Shown here: in pieces, positions 56,437 through 64,000 of the stretch
How the letters are laid out: the number at the start of each line of letters is the position of its first letter
How positions within the stretch are numbered: the first letter of the stretch is position 1
Origin: a bacterium
GTDB taxonomy: Bacteria > Bacteroidota > Bacteroidia > Bacteroidales > FEN-979
Assembly: GCA_037141055.1 (NCBI GenBank)
Contig: JBAXDH010000004.1
Coordinates: 2,443 to 66,442 of the forward strand
DNA length: 64,000 nucleotides
Reading direction: 5' to 3'
Position numbers and translations under genes: made by a program
The notes under the pieces: model-generated
Databases searched by the model: none
What the model saw: only the letters and a program-made list of their open reading frames with translations
Told to the model about the DNA's origin: nothing

Positions 56437-59211
56437 ATGGACTATCGAACCAAAACCAGGGAAGAACTTGCAACGGAACTTCAGGAAGTACACAAAGAAC
56501 TGGATTCATTAAAAGTTTCAAAGGGACAAAATATCACAGGGAGCCTTCCTGAGGAAGAACCTTTAACGGTAAGCAAGGAAATTTTCCGGTCAATATTTGA
56601 AAATAATTCAGCAGCAATGGCTTTTATCGAACCGGATACAACCATTTCAATGGTCAATGACGAATATTGTAATCTAAGCGGGTACACCAAAGAGGAAGTC
56701 ATCGGGATAAGCTGGACTCAACAAATTCCGCCTCAGGACCTTGAACGGTTAAAAGAATATAACCGCCGCAGGCTGATAAACCCAAAGGATGCCCCTGATA
56801 AATACGAGTTTACTTTCTGTCGAAAAAATGGTGAAATAAGGCATTCGATGATGTCAGTCACAATGTTAAGCAATCAAAAAATAATAGCATCATTTGTTGA
56901 TATTACCGAACGTAAGGAGGCGGAAGAAAAATTTGTGAAGAGCGAAGCCCAGCTTGCAAATGCACTTGATATTGCTAAGCTGGGTCCCTGGGAATATGAT
57001 GTGGCAACGGACACTTTTACATTCAACGATCATTTCTACAATATTTTTCGTACGACGGTTGAACGGGAGGGTGGATATACGATGACTTCCGCTCAATATA
57101 CCCGTCGTTTCGTTGACCCGGATGATATGCTTCAGGTTGGTGATGAAACCAGAAAGGCAATTGAAACGACAGACCCCAACTTCAGCCGTGATATTGAGCA
57201 TCGCATTATCTATGCTGACGGTGAGACCGGATACATAAACGTTCACTTCTTTATCCTCAAAGATGCACAGGGTAACACTGTCAAGACTTATGGAGTTATC
57301 CAGGATATTACAGAGCGAAAAAAAGCTCAGGAATCTCTAAAGGATAGTGAACAGCGCTACCGCAACCTTTTCGATCAGGCAAATGAAGGGCTCATTCTGC
57401 TGTCAAAGGATGGTAAATTAGTTGAGGTCAATCAAGCATTCGCTGAGATGCACGGTTACACTGTTGAAGAAATGAAGAATCTCGACATCCGGGAATTGGA
57501 TGTTCTCAGGGAAGGGGCATTTGAAGCTCGTGCCGAATTAATGCAGCGCATTGATGCCGGGGAGGTTGCCCGTTTTGAGGTCGAGCATTATCATAAAGAT
57601 GGTCATATTGTTACGTTCAGCGATTCGGCGAGTCTGATAGAAATTGGCGGCCAGCAGTACTATCTGGCTTTCCATCAGGACATTACTGAGCGTAAGCGGA
57701 TGGAAGCATCTTTGAAGGAGAGCGAGGAAAAATACCGCAACCTGTTCGAAAATGTTCAGGATGTTTTTTACCAAATCGACCTTGCCGGGATTATTCAGGA
57801 TATAAGCCCGTCCATTAAGCATTTTTCCGAATTTAGCAGGGATGAAATACTAGGCACCAATGTGGCAGACCTTTATTATAATCCAGATGACAGGGGAGCT
57901 TTTTTAAAAGCAATATATCAGCAAGGTGAAATAAGGGATTATGAATTATTCATAAAAACAAAGAGTGGCGATAAAAAAGTGGTTTCGTTGAATGCCAATT
58001 TAGTTTTCGATGCCGACGGTAAACCAAATCATATAGATGGGGCACTAAGGGATATCACGGATCGTAAGCTTATAGAAGACAAGATTCGTGAAAAAGAGAT
58101 CCAGTTCAGAAAGCTTTCGTCAAATTTACCTGACCTGATTTATCAATTTTCAAGAAGACTTGATGGAACGTACTGCGTTCCTATCGCATCAGAAGGTATA
58201 AAAAATATTTTTGGCTGTTCCCCGGAAGATGTTCTTGAAGACTTTGCGCCGATTGGCAGGGTAATTTTCCCTGAAGACGCAGAAAGAGTAATTAACGACA
58301 TCGAATACTCTGCAAAGCATTTGACATACTTTACCTGTGAGTTTCGGGTGCAAATACCCGGGAAACCTATCCAATGGATATTTTCCAGATCAACTCCTGA
58401 AAAATTGGCAGATGGCAGTATAACCTGGTATGGCTTCAATGCAGATATCACGGAGCTAAAGCAAAATGAAGAAGAGATCCTTGAACTCAACAGGGATCTG
58501 GAACTCCGGGTAAAACAACGCACATCAGAACTGGAAGCAGCCAACAAAGAACTGGAAGCTTTTTCTTATTCTGTTTCACACGATCTGAAAACGCCTTTAA
58601 GGCATATCCGCTCCTTTATCGGCCTGTTCCTCGAAAATAAATCAAAAGACCTGTCTGAAGAAGACCTTAGATACCTTGACATTATTTCTTCTTCTGCCTC
58701 GAATATGGATAAATTGATTGATGCGATACTTTCTTTCTCCAGGCTGAATGGAATCGAATTACGAAACACAAGGATCCGTTCATCGGAGATTGTTCAGCAG
58801 GTCATTAAGTTCTTTGATCCTGAAATTCAAAACAGGAAGATCACCTTGAATGTTGAAACGCTGCCTGAAATAAAAGGAGATGAAGATTTAATCCGGCAGG
58901 TTTGGATCAACCTGATCTCCAATGCCATCAAATATACAATGAAAAAGCCGGAAGCGATAATAGAGATCGGCAGCAGTTCAACTGACAAAGAGATTACTTT
59001 TTACATTAAAGATAACGGAGCCGGCTTTAATGTGAAATATGCAGAAAAGCTATTCGGTGTATTTCAACGACTTCACAAACCCCGCGATTTTGAAGGAATC
59101 GGAATCGGATTGGCCAATGTGAACCGGATCATTACACGGCACGGAGGCCATTGCCGGGCCGAAGGAGAAGTGGACAAAGGGGCAACTTTTTACTTTAGCC
59201 TGCCGAAATGA
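56437..59211 (+). CDS. Soluble multi-PAS sensor histidine kinase
   Basis: The ATG at 56437 (MDYRTKTREEL) is preferred. At least 5 PAS/PAC units each end in D(I/V)TERK. H-box SHDLKTPLRHI and HATPase motifs (DNGAGF, GIGIGLA) are present. No TM helix and no receiver. Confidence 0.9.
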   Translation: MDYRTKTREELATELQEVHKELDSLKVSKGQNITGSLPEEEPLTVSKEIFRSIFENNSAAMAFIEPDTTISMVNDEYCNLSGYTKEEVIGISWTQQIPPQDLERLKEYNRRRLINPKDAPDKYEFTFCRKNGEIRHSMMSVTMLSNQKIIASFVDITERKEAEEKFVKSEAQLANALDIAKLGPWEYDVATDTFTFNDHFYNIFRTTVEREGGYTMTSAQYTRRFVDPDDMLQVGDETRKAIETTDPNFSRDIEHRIIYADGETGYINVHFFILKDAQGNTVKTYGVIQDITERKKAQESLKDSEQRYRNLFDQANEGLILLSKDGKLVEVNQAFAEMHGYTVEEMKNLDIRELDVLREGAFEARAELMQRIDAGEVARFEVEHYHKDGHIVTFSDSASLIEIGGQQYYLAFHQDITERKRMEASLKESEEKYRNLFENVQDVFYQIDLAGIIQDISPSIKHFSEFSRDEILGTNVADLYYNPDDRGAFLKAIYQQGEIRDYELFIKTKSGDKKVVSLNANLVFDADGKPNHIDGALRDITDRKLIEDKIREKEIQFRKLSSNLPDLIYQFSRRLDGTYCVPIASEGIKNIFGCSPEDVLEDFAPIGRVIFPEDAERVINDIEYSAKHLTYFTCEFRVQIPGKPIQWIFSRSTPEKLADGSITWYGFNADITELKQNEEEILELNRDLELRVKQRTSELEAANKELEAFSYSVSHDLKTPLRHIRSFIGLFLENKSKDLSEEDLRYLDIISSSASNMDKLIDAILSFSRLNGIELRNTRIRSSEIVQQVIKFFDPEIQNRKITLNVETLPEIKGDEDLIRQVWINLISNAIKYTMKKPEAIIEIGSSSTDKEITFYIKDNGAGFNVKYAEKLFGVFQRLHKPRDFEGIGIGLANVNRIITRHGGHCRAEGEVDKGATFYFSLPK

Positions 59212-59228
59212 AATGGAAAAGTCGCTCC

Positions 59229-59348
59229 AAACTGATCACATTGCGCCGATCTTGATTGACCGCCTTAACCTTTTAACAATCAATGTACAAGAGGTGTCAA
59301 TGAGAACCGGCCATGGATGGTCAACTTCACCGGACTGTCCATGACCTT
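59229..59348 (+). other. Conserved non-coding element, copy 1
   Basis: Gapless alignment to 61775-61894 at offset 2546. I hand-counted 88 of 110 identical positions in the core (59231-59340). Confidence 0.85.
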
Positions 59349-59467
59349 TACTTCATATCTGAACAAGTTCAGGGAAATTGGAAAAGCCGGCCCATCTGGC
59401 CAGCTTCCGCTATCTAAAGACAGAATTATATCTTCAAACTACTTTTGTTTTTATGCAGGTGAAAGTA

Positions 59468-59475
59468 TAATTTTG
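59468..59475 (+). promoter_or_regulatory. -7 box (TAatTTTG) for the TPR-LuxR gene
   Basis: Matches TAnnTTTG, about 65 nt before the ATG at 59540 and about 120 nt downstream of conserved element copy 1. Confidence 0.45.
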
Positions 59476-59539
59476 CTTCGTTGCCGGTACGCCCGGGTTA
59501 TCTGGGAACCAGGCTCAATTTTACCCATGTCGTTTACTG

Positions 59540-61366
59540 ATGAAATTCTGCAAACTCCTCGTCCTGTTAATGTTTTTATCTCTTTCACCGGGGATCGGTT
59601 ACGCTCAAACCATCAATCCTGACACCATTGCATCAGACCTTTTCCGTAAGTTCGGGGAAAACCTTTCCGGGAATTCGGATTCAATGAATCTGACGGTAAA
59701 CCGGATGATCCGCAAGGTATCGGCCGACTACCCCGGGAAAACAGGGGAAGTGCTTTTCCAGACCGGTAAATTACTCTATAAGCGTAACTCCAACGATGCC
59801 GCATTAATGTGTTTCAGGGCGGCATTGCCCCTGATGGAAGCAGGTAAAGATCCGGAGAAATACATATCGTGCGCGCTGGCCATGGCCAATGCTTTCTACA
59901 AAGCGATGAAAGCGGATTCTGCCGGTTTTTATGCCGATCTGGCCAGCAGAATTGCAACTAAGTTTAAGATCAACCGGTTCGATGGCGACATTTACAACAA
60001 CAAGGCCCGTGTTGCCGACCTGGTTGGTCAGCGATTGCTGGCAATTGAGTGGTACCTGAAGGCCGCCGACTTCCAACGGGAGAACAAGGACACCGCCAGG
60101 CTGGGAGTGATACTGGGCAACATCGGAGCGGTACACATCAACCTTGAAAATTACAGTGAAGCCCTGAAGTGCCTCCATGAATCGGAAATTTACAACGAAC
60201 ACCAGGTTAATAAAGCCGCACTGAACGACACCTACACCAACCTGGCTGTCGCCTATAAAGGAGAGGGGAATTTTCGGGAAGCTGTCAGGTATTATTTAAA
60301 GTCGATCAGCCTTTCAAAAAAAATGCAAAACGATTTCCAGCTGGCCAGGGCATATATGAACCTTGCCTCTGCGTATATAAACGAAAAGAAATACAGGGAA
60401 GCGGAGGCATACATCGACAGCAGCAAATTTCTATGCGAGAAAAACAACATCCCGGTGGGTCTGCTTTATAATAAAATAAACCAGGGACAGGTGATGCTGG
60501 AAACGGGAAGGGTCAGCACAGGACTTTCATTGCTGCTGGATGTTGAAAAAGATATGGCCGGCTACAAAATGCCCGGGCTCCTGAGTGAACTCTGGTCAAT
60601 TATTTCATATGGCTACGAAAAGGACAGACAATACCGGCCTGCATTTGATTACTACAAGAGATCCATTGCACTGAAGGACAGTATTGCCGGAAGCGAGACC
60701 AGGCGGCATGTATTTGAACTGCAAACCCGGTACGAAAGTGAACGCTCAGCCCGGCAGATCGACCAGTTGCAGGACAATGTCGGGAAACAAAAAATCAGGA
60801 ATAATTTCGTCATGGTGGCCCTTGGAATGTCGGTCGTCATAATCTTACTGCTCGGGGCATTACTGATCTTTTACAGGCGAACCCAGTCGTACAGGCATCG
60901 GCTGGCCCGCGAAGAAAATGAAAAACTGCGGCTCAGCATGGATATCAAAGACCAGGAGCTGGTGAGCAAAGCCATCAACCTGGCTAAAATAAATGAAATC
61001 GTCCTCGATGTCAGTGATCAGCTTAAGCAGATATTGCCCGGTTTGACAAAGGAGAAAACCAATTTATTGCAACAACTGCTCCGCAACCTCGAGAGCAGCC
61101 TGCCATCGGAGGCATGGAAGGAGTTTGAGACCCGTTTTGAACAGGTACACACGGGGTTTTATGACAAGCTTTTATCCCTTTATCCCGACCTGACCCCCGC
61201 TGAACTGAAAGTTTGCGGTTTCCTGCGGCTCAACCTCACCACCAAGGACATCGCCCTGCTTACGAATCGAGGAATCGGCACAATTGACCATGCCCGCAGT
61301 TCGATCCGCAGGAAAATGAACCTTGACAACGATGCCAACCTGACCTCCTGCCTCCTTTCGTTGTAA
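59540..61366 (+). CDS. Transmembrane one-component regulator: signal peptide, TPR repeats, TM helix, LuxR-type HTH
   Basis: The TPR-like region spans about residues 60-400. TM helix VMVALGMSVVIILLLGALLIFY. C-terminal LTPAELKVCGFLRLNLTTKDIALLTNRGIGTIDHARSSIRRKM. Confidence 0.85.
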   Translation: MKFCKLLVLLMFLSLSPGIGYAQTINPDTIASDLFRKFGENLSGNSDSMNLTVNRMIRKVSADYPGKTGEVLFQTGKLLYKRNSNDAALMCFRAALPLMEAGKDPEKYISCALAMANAFYKAMKADSAGFYADLASRIATKFKINRFDGDIYNNKARVADLVGQRLLAIEWYLKAADFQRENKDTARLGVILGNIGAVHINLENYSEALKCLHESEIYNEHQVNKAALNDTYTNLAVAYKGEGNFREAVRYYLKSISLSKKMQNDFQLARAYMNLASAYINEKKYREAEAYIDSSKFLCEKNNIPVGLLYNKINQGQVMLETGRVSTGLSLLLDVEKDMAGYKMPGLLSELWSIISYGYEKDRQYRPAFDYYKRSIALKDSIAGSETRRHVFELQTRYESERSARQIDQLQDNVGKQKIRNNFVMVALGMSVVIILLLGALLIFYRRTQSYRHRLAREENEKLRLSMDIKDQELVSKAINLAKINEIVLDVSDQLKQILPGLTKEKTNLLQQLLRNLESSLPSEAWKEFETRFEQVHTGFYDKLLSLYPDLTPAELKVCGFLRLNLTTKDIALLTNRGIGTIDHARSSIRRKMNLDNDANLTSCLLSL

Positions 61367-61604
61367 GTTTTCCAGATCACATCCCGTCAGAATAATCCAG
61401 ATCAGCAGTTTTTGCTGTCAAGGATTCCCATTTCTGCCGTTAAACCGCTTCATTTCCTCACACACCTGGCATGTTGATCGTTAGCAGCCACGCGACAGAT
61501 AAATGACAGATGGATTTTTTTACACCGGCAGATAAATGACAGTTGCTTTATTTGGAAGCGTGTAAATATTGGTTGTTTTTTGTTTTTTATTTAGCAAGAA
61601 CGAT

Positions 61605-61781
61605 ATGAATGACACTGCCAATGATAACTGCTCCCGGGAAATGGAGGAACACAACCAGATGCTGAAAGAAAAATCGAAGGCCTATAAAAAGCTGGCCGAA
61701 GCATTGAATGACAATTACAAGAGCCAATTGCCAAAACCCGGCATCAAGATGAAGGCACCACGGAAAATCCGGCCCACCTGA
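61605..61781 (+). CDS. Small charged hypothetical protein (58 aa)
   Basis: An ATG at 61605 inside the listed ORF 61569..61781. Helical and Lys/Glu-rich. Coding status is unproven. Confidence 0.3.
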   Translation: MNDTANDNCSREMEEHNQMLKEKSKAYKKLAEALNDNYKSQLPKPGIKMKAPRKIRPT

Positions 61782-61894
61782 CCACCTTCTGCCGGTTTTG
61801 ACTGACCACCTTAAACTTTTAACAATCAATGTATAAGAGGGGTCTGTGAGAGTCAGCCAGGGATGGTCAACTCCACCCGCCTATCCAATAACTT
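61775..61894 (+). other. Conserved non-coding element, copy 2
   Basis: See copy 1. It ends 14 nt before the ATG of the fibre-like gene. Confidence 0.85.
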
Positions 61895-61908
61895 ATAAAT
61901 CGAATATT

Positions 61909-64000
61909 ATGAAACAAAAACTTTTACTTTTCGCAACAGCATTGTTTTTAAGCGTATTAAGTTACGCACAGGTCACAACCGGCGTAGCCATCAACGCTAC
62001 GGGAGCCGATGCCGCCGCCAGTGCCATCCTCGATGTGAGCAGCATCACCAAAGGGGCGCTTGTGCCGCGCATGACCGCCGTGCAACGCGGTGCCATCGTT
62101 TCGCCCGCCACAGGGCTGTTGGTTTTCCAAACCGATGCACCCGAAGGTTTTTATTATTACAATACGGCTTCCTCCTGGGTTTACCTGACAAATTCAGCCG
62201 GAGTGCTGGCCATCGCAAATGGAGGAACAGGTTCGTCATCCCAGAATTTTGTGGATTTAACCACCGACCAAACCGTTGCCGGAAATAAAATTTTATCGGG
62301 AAATACCACTCTAGGCGGCACTTTGGGCGTAACGGGAGTTGCCACTTTAACGGCAGCACCGGTACTTTCGAGCACCACTGCTTCGCAGGCATTGTTTACC
62401 AATGCGGGCAAGAATGTCGTTTCCAATCCTGTAACAGGAACCGGAAATGTTGTGATGAGCACTTCGCCAACGCTGGTAACCCCAACCCTCGGCGTTGCTT
62501 CCGCCACTTCAATTAACGGATTAACGCCTGCTTCTCAAACCACTGGTTTTACAATTGCAGGTGGCACTACTCCCAAAACATTGACCGTGCCATTGGATGC
62601 CTCGGTGAGCGGCACAAACACCGGCGATAATGCCGTGAATTCACTGTATAGCGGAGTGGTTACCAATGCCACCCATACCGGCGATGCCGAAGGCGCAACC
62701 GCACTCACTGTAAAAAAGATAAACGGGGTAGCGCTCTCCGGGCTTGCAAGCGGTATTTTGAAGAATACCACCGCTACCGGTGTCCCCTCTGTTGCGGTTG
62801 ACGGAACCGATTATTTATCCCCAACCACCGGCTGGAGCCTTACCGGTAACTCAGGCACAACTGCCGGAACCAACTTTATCGGCACAACCGATGATAAGGC
62901 GCTTGTCTTTAAAGTTAATAGCCAAAAAGCAGGGCTGGTAAGCACAGGCACCAATACTTCTTTTGGCTATCAGACATTAAATGTAAATATTGGTGTTTAT
63001 AACACTTCCAATGGGTATCAGGCATTATTATCCAACACATCGGGTAACGGAAACACTGCCATTGGTTCTCAAGCATTATACTCGAACATAACCGGCTATA
63101 ATAACACTGCCAATGGTTATAATGCATTATACTCGAACATAAGCCATAATAATACTGCAAATGGTGCTTCTGCATTATACTCGAACACAAGCGGCCATAA
63201 TAATACTGCAAATGGTGCTTCTGCATTATACTTGAACATAAGCGGCCAATATAACACTGCAAATGGTTATCATGCAGGAACATATATAACCGGTGGAGCT
63301 GCTCCAAATGCAACCAGTTCCAATTCTGTGTATCTGGGCGCTCAAACAAAAGCTTTTGCGGATGCCCAAACAAACGAAATAGTGATTGGCTATAATGCAA
63401 TCGGCGCAGGTAGCAATACTGTTACCCTGGGCAATACCTCAATAACAAGCACGGTTTTGCGTGGCAATGTGCAACATTACGGCACTACTTCGGGGTATGT
63501 TGGTTTGCAGTCGCCTGCAACCGTTGCAACGCCCTATTCGCTTACCCTGCCAACTGCAGCCCCGGCAAGCGACGGCCAGGTGCTGAGCGCAACAACGGCC
63601 GGCGTGATGAGCTGGGCAAGTGCCGGAAGCGGCTGGGGCTTAACCGGAAACATAGTCACCGCAACTGACTTTATTGGAACAACAAATGATCAACCCCTTG
63701 TTTTTAAAGTAAACAGCCAAAATGCCGGACTGGTAAGCTCAGGCACCAATACATCTTTTGGGTATCAGACATTAAATGCCATCACATCGGGTACCAATAA
63801 CACTGCCAATGGTTATAAGGCATTATGGTCCAACACACAAGGTTCTTATAATAATGCCAATGGTTATCAGGCATTATACTCAAACACATTGGGTGTAGAA
63901 AACAATGCCTATGGTTATCAGGCATTATACTCAAACACAATGGGTGGCTATAACACTGCCAATGGTTCTGCCGCATTAAAGTCCAACACAACGGGCGAAT
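61909..64000 (+). CDS. Secreted fibre/adhesin-like repeat protein, 3' end beyond the window (absent from the ORF track)
   Basis: I hand-translated 697 codons from the ATG at 61909 and found no stop. Signal peptide MKQKLLLFATALFLSVLSYAQ. IANGGTGSSS motif, and repeated NTANGxxALYSNTxG units resembling YadA-head/Hep_Hag repeats. Confidence 0.8.
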   Translation, partial: MKQKLLLFATALFLSVLSYAQVTTGVAINATGADAAASAILDVSSITKGALVPRMTAVQRGAIVSPATGLLVFQTDAPEGFYYYNTASSWVYLTNSAGVLAIANGGTGSSSQNFVDLTTDQTVAGNKILSGNTTLGGTLGVTGVATLTAAPVLSSTTASQALFTNAGKNVVSNPVTGTGNVVMSTSPTLVTPTLGVASATSINGLTPASQTTGFTIAGGTTPKTLTVPLDASVSGTNTGDNAVNSLYSGVVTNATHTGDAEGATALTVKKINGVALSGLASGILKNTTATGVPSVAVDGTDYLSPTTGWSLTGNSGTTAGTNFIGTTDDKALVFKVNSQKAGLVSTGTNTSFGYQTLNVNIGVYNTSNGYQALLSNTSGNGNTAIGSQALYSNITGYNNTANGYNALYSNISHNNTANGASALYSNTSGHNNTANGASALYLNISGQYNTANGYHAGTYITGGAAPNATSSNSVYLGAQTKAFADAQTNEIVIGYNAIGAGSNTVTLGNTSITSTVLRGNVQHYGTTSGYVGLQSPATVATPYSLTLPTAAPASDGQVLSATTAGVMSWASAGSGWGLTGNIVTATDFIGTTNDQPLVFKVNSQNAGLVSSGTNTSFGYQTLNAITSGTNNTANGYKALWSNTQGSYNNANGYQALYSNTLGVENNAYGYQALYSNTMGGYNTANGSAALKSNTTGE

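Noticed and set aside
59317-59622. A 101-aa ORF starting inside conserved element copy 1 and overlapping the TPR-LuxR gene start.
   Set aside because: It has no recognisable domain. In copy 2 the equivalent frame stops after 11 codons. It overlaps a gene with a clear signal peptide and promoter box.
62830-63790. The two similar modules in the fibre gene as a template/variable repeat pair of a diversity-generating retroelement.
   Set aside because: Both copies are in-frame parts of one ORF. The differences are not confined to adenine positions. No reverse transcriptase gene is present in the window.
62045-63991. Five minus-strand ORFs (for example 62915..63400, with repeated CYxxRLCSSIM peptides).
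   Set aside because: They are shadow ORFs opposite the uninterrupted 697-codon plus-strand fibre gene. Their periodicity mirrors the plus-strand NTANG repeats.
1-64000. Mobile elements, prophage, defence islands, tRNA or rRNA genes.
   Set aside because: No transposase, integrase, restriction, Cas, reverse transcriptase or toxin-antitoxin signatures were recognised in any listed ORF. No tRNA-like T-arm motifs were seen in the spacers. This was a visual inspection only, so small genes could have been missed.

Overview
The window looks like a Bacteroidota chromosomal segment. Support: repeated TAnnTTTG -7 promoter boxes, DUF1573 and DUF3108 proteins, a long-form YidC and a TPR-TM-LuxR regulator. 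I count about 55 protein genes and recognised no rRNA, tRNA, CRISPR array, transposase or integrase by eye.

Layout:
- 1-11.4 kb: housekeeping genes (pyrG, yidC, mqnA, a TonB-dependent receptor, coaE, yajC, aroK, rlmD).
- 11.4-15.4 kb: a hybrid sensor kinase with two receivers, plus an Hpt protein.
- 15.5-32.6 kb: a polysaccharide locus that looks AT-rich by eye. It has 9 glycosyltransferases, a flippase, an acetyltransferase, a Wzy-like polymerase, a Wzc-like co-polymerase, a half-size TolC-like protein, a pseudo-receiver-fused priming sugar transferase and a stand-alone receiver.
- 32.8-54 kb: housekeeping and metabolic genes. These include a HydE-like radical SAM protein, ychF, rpsA with an acidic tandem-repeat N-terminus, an RNase Z-like gene, a cobalamin riboswitch with a beta-propeller lipoprotein, lplA, an IDH-like/HD/fused-aconitase module, pit with a DUF47 gene, cca and miaA.
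- 54-64 kb: a regulatory cluster (receiver, Hpt-like protein, soluble multi-PAS kinase, TPR-LuxR regulator, small ORF).
- 61909 to the window end: a long secreted fibre/adhesin-like ORF that is absent from the supplied ORF track because it has no stop in the window.

Most interesting unexplained signals:
1. A roughly 110-nt non-coding element present twice at a constant 2546-nt offset, upstream of the LuxR regulator and of the fibre gene.
2. Six intergenic arrays of tandem 8-9-nt repeats. Three of the six start at a stop codon, and three have an inverted arm that could form a long hairpin.
3. A priming glycosyltransferase with a fully degenerate receiver domain and a Cys-rich insertion, in a locus flanked by phosphorelay parts.

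All functional calls rest on motif recognition by eye. No database search was run.
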